DNA of 34,423 bases from Chiloscyllium plagiosum (taxonomy: Eukaryota). The notes below the pieces were generated by a model. That model was not told the origin of the DNA. It ran no database searches and saw only the letters and a program-made list of their open reading frames with translations. Where the stretch lies: the NCBI RefSeq assembly GCF_004010195.1, contig NC_057719.1, positions 23,099,265-23,133,687 on the forward strand, given 5' to 3'. Every line of letters starts with the position of its first letter. The stretch's first letter is position 1. The position numbers and the translations under genes are program-made. Positions 21,161 through 33,103 of the stretch are shown here, piece after piece.

Positions 21161-22123
21161 CCTGAAATCAGAATCTGATTAAAATGCCAACTCCCCATCC
21201 ATTAGTGAAGCATCAGTTATTTCAGCATAGACCAGATATCAAAACTGTGAGCCTATTGGTGTATGATTGTACAACCAATTGTACAACTTTCAATGACCAA
21301 GAAGTTATGAAGGAACGCAGAAATAATGGCATATTATTCATTATGTATGATGGCTTTATCCAATGTGTTCTAATTACTAGCCCTGTTGCTGTGAATATAT
21401 TGCCACACAGGTTGGATTCAGTAGAAATTCTACAGAAAGTGTAAAATGTTCAGACTGACTCTATGACTATGACACACATTTTCACTGATTTTTATCCTCT
21501 GAATTAAGATATTTCCCTCCCTAATTTTAAGAAGTAATCTGGAAACAATTTGTGCATCAAACACATCATCAAGTTGTTTGCCTACTGTGACACCTTTTTT
21601 TTATATTTGGTACAAAATTACCACATCAATTCTCAAGTTACTATTCTACCAGTCCCCGAAGTCTTTAAATATTCATCCATGATGAAAGTGGTTGTGGTAG
21701 CTGAAAAGATAACTGGAATGTTAAAGAATTGATCATAAAACCATTGGGGAGGCTATTAGGAAGTACAAATGTGTGTGTGTATTTTTTGCATTATTTGATC
21801 TGATCTGCGTAACATGTTTGTCTTCACAGTCACCGCTGTTGAATTCTGTGCACTGACTATAGAAAATTGTCATTCATCTAAATTGATAAAATGACAGATG
21901 ATATTATGCAACGCAAACTGGGCTGTCCTGAGTCTCAAAGGTCCATTGTGACACTCAGACCATTTTCTATGGTTCCTTTTCTACAAATGTTGAATAAATA
22001 AAATTGATCTGAGCAGCCACATATTATCAAACACATTTTTAAAATATTGCCGATCACAGAATTATTTGCATCAAACTCAACTTTGTATCTAATGTGTACT
22101 TACAAGAATAAGTATTCTTCTTT

Positions 22124-22146
22124 ACACACACACACACACACACACA
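22124..22146. repeat. (CA)n microsatellite
   Basis: Uninterrupted AC run. Confidence 0.95.
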
Positions 22147-22504
22147 TTGCCACTGTAAAATGTTTTGATTCAAGGATGAACCAAATTGTTAATTTTGACA
22201 AACAGTTTAAAACTTTGTTTTTATTGGCAATCCTTCATCCTTTATGAACTGAAGAATCCTAGGATAGTAGTTCCTATGACAGACATTCTTCATTAGTAGC
22301 CATTTATCTAACCAGATTTATGTGCCTGCCACACTTCACTGCAGTTAACCAGCAGATAACCTATTCCCAAATCACAAATGACATCATTCTGACTTTTCAA
22401 TATCTATCTTCTTATGATAGAACCACTGATATAGTCAACAATACTACCATTCTTCTCTGAGTAAAATTACTGCAACATATCCAACTGTAGCCAAAAGATC
22501 ACCA

Positions 22505-23395
22505 ACATTGATTTTTCTCCTCACTTGATGCACTGTTACCTCTGGAGTTCAACATAAATCTTTCCTTGGCTCCCTCTTCTTCATTCGTTAGAGCTTTATT
22601 GCCTTTCTATCACACATGAGTATGAGATTAGATCCATAACAGCTCTGATGACTCTCCACCACATCTCTCCGCCATTCTGACCCCCTCAGCATTGTCAGAC
22701 TATTTTTCAAATTCCATCTTACCCCCTGAACATTATCTCAATTTGAACCAAACTACTTGTATCCACAATATTGTTATCCTATTGAGTCTTGAGTTAAACT
22801 TCCAATACATATCCACTCCATTGTAAAGTTAGCTAACTTGCCATCTGTACTCTGACCCATCTCCATCTCCATCTCAGCCTATCTGTTGTTAAAACCTTCA
22901 TGTATGCGCCTTGACTTGACTTGTCCACTGTTCTTCTGGGAGGTCTCTCACCTTTCATATTTCATAAACTTTAGCCAGACCAAACTGTAGCACCAGTATC
23001 CTAACCTGCACTAAAGCTTGCTCAATCATTACCAACTCTGTTTTTACTAATTGACATTGGTTACCTGTAGCCTAATGGAACAACCTTGAAAATTATTATT
23101 GTTATGTTCATTCCTTTATGATCATGCTGCTTCCTATCTTTGTGACCAACTTTTCCAAAACTTCAGTGCCCTCCATTCCACTAATGCACCTTCTTAGGCA
23201 TCCACCTCTCCTTTGACCCATCACTGGCCGTTGTATCTTTAATTGTTTTACTGCAATGCATTAGAATATGTTCCATTTCCAACCCTTTAAAGCCATCATC
23301 AAAGCACATTCTGACTGAGTCCATTTGGAATATCTTTCAATGACTCAGGATTCATTTATCGACCGATTTTGTCTCTGTGAAATGGAATATTTTAT
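22505..23395 (+). mobile_element. Ancient L2 LINE 3' region
   Basis: Pyrimidine-rich decayed text in L2 order: ACTGTTACCTCTGGAGTTC (T-S-G-V motif), CCATCTCAGC...AAAACCTTCAT, ATCCTAACCTGCACTAA, ACATTGGTTACCTGT (H-W-L-P-V motif) and TCTGTGAA tail. Confidence 0.65.
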
Positions 23396-23541
23396 GGCAT
23401 GGACAGTTTTTTAATCAAAGAAGTTTAAACTTGGACTAATGGCAGTGTTTTCATTTTCCATGGTGCAGTATAGTTTCAGAGCTTGAGTCAAGTTTTCTCT
23501 CCCTGCAACTTCAATGAAAACCAAATCAGGTAGTTTCCATC

Positions 23542-23667
23542 CTGAAGGAGGGCTTATGCCTGAAACGTTGATTCTCCTGCTCCTCGGATGCTACCTGGCC
23601 TGCTGTGTTTTTCCAGCACCACATTTTTCAACTCTGGTTTCCAGCAACTGCAGTCCTCACTTTCTCC
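23542..23667 (+). mobile_element. Single-arm Penelope-like pseudo-LTR starting at the hammerhead-like core, with an 11-bp flanking duplication
   Basis: CTGAAGGAGGGCTTATGCCTGAAACGTTGATTCTCCTGCTCCTCGGATGCT..., flanked by TAGTTTCCATC at 23531-23541 and 23668-23678. Confidence 0.85.
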
Positions 23668-24344
23668 TAGTTTCCATCAAAGGCAGGTACCCAACCTCAT
23701 TCCAAATTGTCACTCATGTGCCAGAGTTAGAAATTGGCTGCACATCTTTTTTTAAATAAATGACTGCTGTAGACTGTGAATTTGGCCTATTTAATATCTG
23801 AAGAAATTTTTGAATTGCAAATTCTCTTTTATTTCAAGCTTGTAACTGCATCAATAGTATATCAGTTTAATGTTGCTTTCTATACTGCTCGTCATTGGCC
23901 TGCTCAGATGGCATCAAGACTTCAACACCAAAGTCTACTTCAATTTAACCACTGTGTCCTTGAGTTCCATCACTCATTGTTTCAGATGCAATTCAATGTT
24001 CAAACAGGGACTACCTTGGGCAATGAAAATTTTGGTTTCTTATTTTGCAACACCTGACAGAAGGCTCACTATGCAGTGAGATACCTTGTATCTCCACAGA
24101 CACCAAAGTTCAATGGTGAATTAGCCACACTTTTACAAATAAGGCATGATGTACACCCATCAATGGTTTGGAGAGCTGTTTGCACAGAAATTGAGGAAGG
24201 CCTAAAACATGTCCATTTTGCATAAAGGGATGAAGCTAGACAGTTCTAAGTTTCTGGAGCCTTTTCCTCTGTTTTACCAAGGAAATCAGCATTCTCTGAG
24301 TTTGGCCCTCAAGTCCTACAGTTAGAGAAATAGAGATACAAAAT

Positions 24345-24645
24345 AACAAAGAGAACAAAAGAGAGGTACAGCACAAGAACAGGCCCTTTGGCCCTCCACG
24401 TCTGTGCCAATCATCATGCCCTAACTAAACTAAAAAACAAACCTTCTGCTCTTATTCAGTCCACATTCTTCTATTCCCTGTGTATTCATGTAACCATCCA
24501 AATGCCGCTTAAATGTCATCAATGTGCTCACTTCCACCACCTCTTCTGGCAGTGCGTTCCAGGTTCCTACCACTCTGCATGAAAAGCCTCCCTCACATAT
24601 CTCCCTTAAACTTTCCCCCTCTCACCTTGGTGCCCTGTACCATTG
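24345..24645 (-). mobile_element. CR1/HER1-related 3' fragment
   Basis: TACAGCACAAGAACAGGCCCTTTGGCCC...TCCACCACCTCTTCTGGCAGTGCGTTCCAGG...AAACTTTCCCCCTCTCACCTT. Confidence 0.85.
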
Positions 24646-24789
24646 ATAGTGCAACAAAATTGCATACCGTGTTCAGTAGACTTGCAATGTTAACTCTGAC
24701 AAATGTTAATTGCCATAAATATAGTCATAAATGTTGAAGTATCACAACTGGGCATCTATCCCAGTATTCCTTACCTGTTTGTCCCATTA

Positions 24790-25770
24790 CATTCTGAAGG
24801 GCACAGATATGGAAAGTCACAACTGCATTCTGAAAGTTAAAGACAAGATTAGTTTGTGAGGGAAAATGGATCATGGGTATTTTCTCTCGAAGAGACTGTT
24901 GATGTACGGATTACTAAACTGGAATGGAGACAATTGAAATGGCATAGAAGCCAGGAAGTGAAGTTGTAAGATTAGCATTTTAGCATCAATGGTAAAGCAA
25001 GTGGATCATGTGTGTGAAATGTAACGATTGCAAAGGGACGATTGCAGAGAAACTACAAAAAGACACAAGATCAAGGCTGTGAAGTGTATGGTCTGAGAGA
25101 AGTTAGATTTGGGAACAGCAAATGCAATTACACTGACAGAGAAATCCATGAGTGCCTTGTGCTCACTTGAGATGGAAATAGGGGTTAGGAATAAAAGAAC
25201 ACATTTGATGGTACAGAAAAGAGGCCAAAACTCAACTCTTGAGGATTATCCTAAAGTTGAGAAAGATTTTGGCAGAGGAGAATGAGTTCCAGACAGTTAT
25301 GGTAAGGGCTAACCAAACCACAAGGAAATGAGATATGCTCAAGACTAAAACTTTGAGTTTAAGGAAGCGTAGAAAGGACAAGCAACCAGGATGAGAGAGA
25401 ATAACATGAAAACTGGAGAAAAAAGGGCATTGTGTTTAGTGGTGGTTGAGCAGACCAACTGTTGAAGAAGTATCATAGAATGCTGTAGGTTAGATGTTTG
25501 GCAGCTTTGTAATGCACTTATTAAGGAACTTGGGAAGGTTTTTCTTTTACAAAACAGGCACATAATTCATGTTTGTAAAGTATAATGTGATATTAATAGT
25601 GTGAAATATGAGCAAATGGTCATACATGAGGTGATCTATGATGGAGACCACATGAGAAGGTAAGTTAGAAAATTTGATTAGAAATATGGGAAGGAGAGTT
25701 TAAAGGGAGCAAGTGATTTAAATGAAATCAGCAGTGAGATGACTATTGGAGTTGAAATGAAGGTTGAAAG
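24790..25770 (-). mobile_element. Possible very old L2-like remnant
   Basis: Purine-rich plus strand, the mirror of the L2 composition at 22505-23395. No clean motif recovered. Confidence 0.3.
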
Positions 25771-27671
25771 TAGTACCAAACAGCAAAATTTTTCAAAGTA
25801 TTTTTGGTTTATATACAGCAGTATCATATAGAACTACTCATTTCAAGTTGTTAACCTTTTGATCATAAAATCATTCTCAGCTACTGGAGGTCACTAAAGG
25901 TTAATTCAAAACCTGTATTTTGTATGAAGCGTCATCTGTTGTTATAAGTTACATCTGACATAATAATGTCTGTGAAATAACTCGTCTAAACTGGAGGGAT
26001 GAGTTAACATAAACCATGAGATAGAGTACCAAGAACCTGTTTATAAATGCTGACAGAATGATGAGATGTCAAGACTGTGATTGAACATTTGGTATGTTTG
26101 GCAGCACAGTGTACCAGGCAGCAAATTAGATAACAGGAGAGATAGCTAAATAGTAGCAGTGCTGTTTCATCTCTCTGGCATGTGAATAATGTCCTTGGGT
26201 CAATAAGGTCATTCCAGTTGTGCTTTTCAAAATGAGGCAATAAGTTTGAATTGTTATTTCCTTGGATTCTTGTACATGTAGGAAACAATGTCTACTTGAT
26301 GTAAAAGTTACTCATCTTCATAAAACTGCTTTTGCTAAAGAGACAGTTCTGCTAAAATGCTTTTGAATCTGCATATTAATGCTGTCAATATTGTTTATCC
26401 TGCTTTGAAATCTGGATCATTTTGACGCAGTGAAATCAGATAATTGCAGTGAAATCATCTACTGTTCAGGAAAACATTGCACCATAGCAACCAGACCAGT
26501 GACCAACTGAAAGTGATCTGCATTACATTTCGGATTGCCACCCCATTCATGCTAACAAATGAATTTAAGTAAAGACTGCAAATAAACAAAGACCAAACAA
26601 GATTGCAGATATATGTGCGCCTTTTAATTAATTCAAAAAATGTTGACTAAACAATAAGACTGTTGCGCCTCAAAGGAACACCTATCTCATCACATTGTTG
26701 AAAGCATTTCTCAGCTGAAGTTAAATCTGAACCTAAGCAAATGAATAAATCGGAAGTAAAAATGAGACACTACTTCACTTAAATAATTGACGCTTTTGAC
26801 AATATTGTTAATGATTCACCAACAAATAAGTAGCTTTTTTGAATTGCAAAGTGACTCCATTAATATCTTGTTACATATCATTATACTAACATTTTTATAA
26901 GATAGAAACACTTATTTTGTATTCCTATCCCTGTCCTCTGAATGCAGGTCTGCTATTTGGTAATTCAAGCAATAACTCAAGTAGGCAAAAAATGTAGACA
27001 GGGTCTCGGCTTTGAACCAGATTTCACAGTTTATTTGCATCTTACTCAAAATGCCTGGTGGAAAATGTTCACAGTTTAAAGCGTGCTTCATTTAGCCTCC
27101 TTTTAGAACACAAGTGCAGCAACTCTATTAGAAAATACAATGCATTTCCATTTCACCTTCCCTACTCCTACACAACCATTCTTGTGTTCTTAAGCTTCCT
27201 CAGTTAGAAAGACAAGAAGATCCAATAGCTCTCCAGCTGATGAGCAGGAGCAGCAGTTTATCCACTATGCTTTAGATGAAATGATAATTCTAAAGTGCTT
27301 TTCACTATCATACAAACTGACAGAGCATTGAATATATATATTAAATTTCTACAGAAGATGTGTGTGTGCTGCATTGAAAACTTTAACAACTTTGAGTAAG
27401 TATATTGAGTATATTGTATTCAGCCCAACTGTCTTTTGCTCCTTCATCAGTGATCTTCTCTCCATTATTATGGTCAGAAGTGGAGAGTTTTCTGATAAAT
27501 AAACAGTGTTTAGTATTATTCAAGATTCTCCAATGAAGCAGTCCCTGCCTGTATGAAGAAAGTTCTGAACAATATTACAGTTTGATCTGAAAAGTGGCAA
27601 AAATTATTCGTTCCACACAAGAGCTAGATAATGACCATTTACATTAAAAAATCCAAACCTTGCCTCTTTAC

Positions 27672-28132
27672 ATGAGACCGTCAGGTATAGGAGCAGAATT
27701 CGGCCTTACAGCCCATCAAGTCTGCTCCAACATTCAATCATTGCTGAGACGTTTCTCAACCCCATTCTCCTGCCTTCTCCCTGTAATCGTTGAACCCCTT
27801 ACTAATCAAGATTCTATTTATTTCTGTCTTAGAGATATTCAATGAGAGGGCCTCCAATGTCTTTGCAGCAATGAGTTCCAAACTCTGGCTGAAGAAACCC
27901 TTCCTCAAGACCATTCAAAAGGGTCAACCCTTCATTCTGGGGCTGTGCCCTCGGGTTCTAGTCCTTCAAGGGGAAATACCTTCTCTCCATCCACTCAATC
28001 CAGGTCTCTCCACATTCAATGAGTTTCAATGACATCCCACCTCAACCTTCAAAACTCCATCAAGTATATACCCAGAGACCTCAACTGCTCCCCATATGAC
28101 AAGTACTTCATCCCCAAAATCATTCTTGTGAC
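27672..28132 (-). mobile_element. CR1/HER1 3' fragment
   Basis: ATAGGAGCAGAATTCGGCC...CAGCCCATCAAGTCTGCTCC...TCTCAACCCCATTCTCCTGCC...GTTTCAATGACATCCC is the reverse complement of the 8027 and 9635 copies. Confidence 0.85.
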
Positions 28133-28139
28133 ATCAACA

Positions 28140-29685
28140 GCAACATTATTATTGAATGCCCCAACCTCAACATTCTTTGGGCCATCGTTCACCAAGGCTT
28201 AACTGAACCAGCCATATAAATGTTAAAAAGCCGGTCAGAGACTGGAAATTCTGTAGAGGGTAAATCACCTCCTGATCCCTGAAAAACCTGTCCACCATCT
28301 GCAAGCACAAGTTCGACATGTGATGGAATGATTCCACTTGGCTGGATGAGTACAGCTCCAAGGTGTTGGAAAAGTTCAATACCATTCAGAATAAAGCAGT
28401 ACATTTAATCAGCAACCTATTCCTCATGCTCAGCATCCACTTCCTCTATCACATTGGCATAAGTGCTCATCAGCTATAATTCGCCATGTAGCACTTGCTG
28501 CAGCTCTTTCGATTGCACATTCTATTACAAGCCACAGGGGAAAGTGCATTGATTCTGAAGCTCCAATACTCCTGAGCTTGCCACAAGAGTTATTGATCTT
28601 ATAAAAGTGCACAATTTCCCCAATTTATCTATCTTTTGGAATCAGGTTGACAGAAAGCACTGACCTGCACAGAACAAGAATTGCTTCTTATTACAAACAG
28701 GTACAGTTAATCACAAATAAACAGCCAAAAACTGTCAACACATGTTCTCCTAGTTAAAACCCTAAACCCCTTTAAAACCCCTACATACACATATAGACAC
28801 AGAGAGAGACAGGTAAAAAGAAATTGGGAACCACAGTTCAACAGCACAAGTCCCTAGAGGTTGCTGAGATGATCCTTCTCTCTTGACAGGACATTCTGTT
28901 CTTCAGGTTCCTTCACTGCCTTTCAGCAGGATGATTAGTATACTACCTGCTCAACCTTTAGTTACCGGTTAAGAGCACAGCTTACAGCAACTGGTCAGAG
29001 AAAATAATTGAGTCTCCACAGGACTTCAGGTTTTGTTTTACTGCAGGAACACACTGTGTCTTACCAAAGGTCCAATGGTTTCTCACTATGTCACTCATGT
29101 TCACAAGCTGTTCAGAAACAAAAAGAAAGTTGACTCTGGTATCCCCTGTTGTACGTCTGATACCTACACTGGGCACAAAAGTATAAACTAACTGGCTACT
29201 TATTGCCGGTCAAATCTCACTCTGCACACACCCCCTGGCGCTTGCCTTCCATAAACAGCTTCCACCACTGCTTGAATAAAGCAGCAAGAGTATTCACCAC
29301 ATACAATGAGTTTCAGTAACTTGTTTTTAAAAGTGCAGCAATTCCTTCACAATCCTTGCTTTTATAACAGCCCCTTTCCCATTTCAGGTCACAATAATAA
29401 AAAAAGATATAGGCGTTACAACTCCGTGATTTCTCCCACTTAGAAGAACAAAAGAAGCAGATGAATAAGAACACCAGTACTTGAAAATTCCTCTCCAAGT
29501 CACAAACCATTCTAATTTGAATCATATTTCTGTTCCTTCACTGTTGTTGGCTCAAAATCCTTCGATTTCCTCCCTAATGGCACTACGTTGTTCCACATAG
29601 ATGCAGAGGCAATGGCTCACTACCATTTTCTCAAAGGAAATTGGAATCAACAATAAATGCTGTTCTGGACAGAAATCTCCACAGT
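28140..29685 (+). mobile_element. Old CR1/L2-group LINE 3' part (28140-28522 + 29421-29685) split by a solo LTR
   Basis: AACTGAACCAGCCATATAAAT...CTGTCCACCATCTGCAAG...TGTGATGGAAT...CCACTTGGCTGGATGAG. Resumes at 29421 with TTCCTTCACTGTTGTTGGCTCAAAATCC...CAATAAATGCTG. Confidence 0.75.
28523..29420. mobile_element. Probable solo LTR (~900 bp, Gypsy-like)
   Basis: Cleanly interrupts the LINE. Termini are TATTAC (a decayed TGTTAC) and GTTACA. Flanks ATTC / ACTC form a near 4-bp target-site duplication. No PBS or PPT is adjacent. Confidence 0.6.
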
Positions 29686-30914
29686 AACAGTAATGTCACA
29701 CTTTTTAATGTCAAAGCTGTCACACATTAACTGTCATCTAGGTTGTTGTCCCAAAAACATAATTAAAATGTAGAAGGTGTTTGAAGAAGATGCCATTTGT
29801 GCTTGAATAAGCCACTTATAGTTATGTTAAACTGTAGCATTGAAGTGAAGTTATATTCATTGTGAGAAAGCTGTCCTGAACTACAATTGAGAAAGTTTGT
29901 GCTTAGGAGAAGAACCAAGAACTTCACAATTCAAACTTGAGTAAGCATGTTTGTGCACTCAGGCCTTTGTTCAGTCAAGAATCCTTCAATAAAATAAACT
30001 CTAACCTGTGAATCTTGTTCACTGGTTATCTCCAACTCTCCTTCTTCTCCTTTCTGCTAACACTTGCTGCTCTCCATCCTTTCATCTTGTAAATCTTTAA
30101 CATTGGCAGAATATCATCTTGTAACAGCTCCAAATTATTCCTATTTCATCACCAAGTTATTTATAACCCAAAATGTCTTACTTCATCCAGTTGACATTGT
30201 AGCATAATTTTATTATACACATTTCTTGAACTGTAACTGACAATGACCATTTCAATCTCACATTGGTGTAGTTTGTTATACAGACTCTTCGTGTTCAGTC
30301 GATGTGTCTATTGGTTTTTTGGTTCCTGATTTTGGCTCCTTCATAAGTTCAAATGGGATTCATTTGAAAACCTGAAATGAATTAAAAGAAATCCCACAAG
30401 CTTCTAAACTCGTAGTATTGTATAAAAATTGGAAGTGATAGTTTTATTAATATGGTAGAACACTCAAAATGATTTTCTTCCTTCTGATTTGCAGAGATCA
30501 TTAGCAGTCATAGACTTATCAAATATTGTAACTTAAAAATGACCGAAAAGCAGTGAGCATGAAATCAATTTAATATCAAGTAACTTTTGTTTATCTGGCT
30601 GGAAATTTTTTGTTTACTTTTTTCACCAAATACCTTCAAGAAATTTTTCATGACTAAAATTCTTCATTATTTCAGCATTGGAGCTATAGAGAAAGCTTTA
30701 GTCAGATTGTCTCACTTCTTTTTGATTACTTTGAGGATTTCAAACAAACCTCCCTTCAAGGTATTGAATCGCTTCCATCCTGTTAGTTTTGCATAATTGT
30801 TTTGCAAGCACACAGCTAACTTCTGTACATGAGTTAAAAATCTTTCTCTATTTATTGGGTTTGAAGGAGAAAACATTGGAGGATGGAGATCCTCATCAAA
30901 TCAAGAAATAATCA

Positions 30915-31895
30915 AACCGCAGGTGCACAGTGACCATTCAGCCCATCATGTAGATGTCTGCTCTTTGCTAGAGCATCTCAGCTAACTCCACTTCCCCACC
31001 TTTTACAGATAGCCCTGCAAACATTTTAAATTGAGATCATTATCCAGTTCACAATTAAATCTGTATGAACCAAAATTTAAGGCAGCCTGTTCCAGATCCT
31101 AAACAGATTTGTTGAGTATAAAATACTTTCCTCTTGTCACCCTTGTTTTTTTTTTGATGATTCACCTTAAATCCCAGTGAAAGGATGGAGATGATAGAGC
31201 CTGGGGAGTAAGGGGTGCTGTATTCATGAGGAGATCAGGGGATGTGAGGGGAAGGGAGGGTTTGTCAGAGTCTCCTTAATTACTCTGTGCAGATTCTTCC
31301 TTTTTGAACAACTCTACCAAATTTCCTCTCAACATTCTCAAAGGGGAATATCCCATGTTTCACTAATCTACCCATATAACTGAACTTCCTCTTCCCTGGG
31401 ACCAATTTTACCCATCCTTCTAAATCTAAGCTTCTGTCTCCATCGCCCTCCTAAAGTTCAGTGCTCAAAATTGAGCACAATATATCAATTGACATTGAAT
31501 CTGAGTTTTTGAATTGTTCAACACAATTTCACAGTTTTTGTATTTTGTGGTAGAATTTATAAAATACAGGACTCCCCCTCCATCATTAAGCATCTTCTCT
31601 ATCTGCCATGTCAACTTCAACAATTTGTGCACATTTTTCCTCAGGTTCCCTGCTCCTGCGCCTACTTTGGAAATAAATGCATTCATTTATTCTGCCTCTC
31701 TTCATACGTCCTGCCAAAATGGATCATTTCAAACTGTTGGCTGTGGAATCAGCCTGTCTCTGCCCTGGAGTCTGTCACTGTCCTACTTACAGTCCACAAT
31801 ATTTTCCAAATACTGTGCCCTGCACCCAAAACCTTATGTCATTAAACAGCGCAAGAAAAACAATGAACCTAATACGTTCCCTGAGTAAACCCAGA
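30915..31895 (-). mobile_element. Old CR1 ORF2 C-terminal region, interrupted at ~31175-31272
   Basis: Minus translation GVLYFINSTTKYKNCEIVLNNSKTQIQCQLIYCAQF resembles CR1 'GML.FI.R.IEYK..EV.L.LYK.LVRP.LEYC.QFW'. Tail CCATTCAGCCCATC at ~30934. Confidence 0.75.
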
Positions 31896-33103
31896 GAATC
31901 ATGTCCACCAAATAACTAGTCACTGCTTTTCTGGGTTGAATTTTCCCGGTTCCTGAATGATACAGGCAATAGGAAGTCAGTTGGAAAAATACAGTGAGTT
32001 GAAGAAAAGTAGATTCCGAATGTCAAGAAAAAGAGTTCAAATCCGCATCAAGGACAGGATAAGAGTCTCACTACTGAATGGCAAGAGGCCTATTTGCATA
32101 CATCGATATCTCTTAAGTACTTAATAGCATCTCATTTACATGCAGTTTTTATTTATATGCTTTTGTATCTCACAAGACAGACAATTCCCGACAAGAAAAT
32201 CAGACCCGGTACCTGGGTCTCAGTTCATCTTGTATTGCAGTGTCGTTGCTAGGAGCAGAATGCATCTCAGGGGTTCTCGCTCACTCTCTTAGCACTCACT
32301 CACTTTGTGTCTACCTCTGCATTACCTTTGCTTTCCGCACTTTTCACTCCATCCATAACTTACAGGCTACAGTCCTTCTCTCTTGCCTTGCCTTTTTGCT
32401 AAGACACAAAGCCAGTCAGTCAAGAGCATGGTATGATATCAATCTGACTGTCACATCAATTCAGTCAGGGAGGTGGGCCATGTTCAGGCCAAGGGGTCTG
32501 TTCATTGGAAGTCAGAGTTCTCAGGGGCCATGGCTGTGGTTGGGGCACTGAGGAAATCACTTGTAAAGATTTGAAGCAAGATGCTGGGATGTGGGAGGGG
32601 AGTAATAATTGTAAAGGGGGTATACTGAACATATAAGAATGGGAGATGATAGAGCATGGAGAATAAGGGGTGCTATCATCATGATGGGGGCAGGGGACAT
32701 GAGGGGAAGCAAGGATTTGTCATTTATAGTACCCTCCACCTGGCTTCAGTGAGACAACATTGTTGATCATATTTGTCGTGACTTTTTGCAGCAGAGAGCG
32801 ACGGAAGTGAAGTCGGAGCGCAAAGCTGGTCGGGAAGGTAAGTGATTATTATTTAAAAACTTACCTCGACGCCAACGGTCTTTTTGCAGCAGAGAGCAGC
32901 AGGAGCTGGGCGGAAGTGAAGTCGGAGTGCAAAGCTGGTCGGGAAGGTAAGTGATTGTTACTTGAGTGGAGAAGGAACCTGAGACACTACACGTGTAGTG
33001 TCCCCCACCCTCCCTCCTCCTCTAACCTAAAAAAAACAAGGACTCAGTCAGCTGAACAGGTAAGCTACTTAGTGTTCTTGTTTTGGAGACTAAGTGTAGA
33101 GTT

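Noticed and set aside
27204..27331. Possible terminal exon (RKTRRSNSSPADEQEQQFIHYALDEM...) after a pyrimidine tract and CAG
   Set aside because: The peptide is unrecognised, no linked exons are seen, and it is compatible with chance.
30005..30390. Minus-strand exon-like segments with good acceptor (TTTCAG near 30372) and donors
   Set aside because: Stop codons occur in all three frames. At most these are non-coding exons, unsupported without RNA data.
32092..32099. Octamer ATTTGCAT (also near 22064 and 27033)
   Set aside because: Expected by chance in AT-rich DNA, with no adjacent Ig V leader or snRNA gene.
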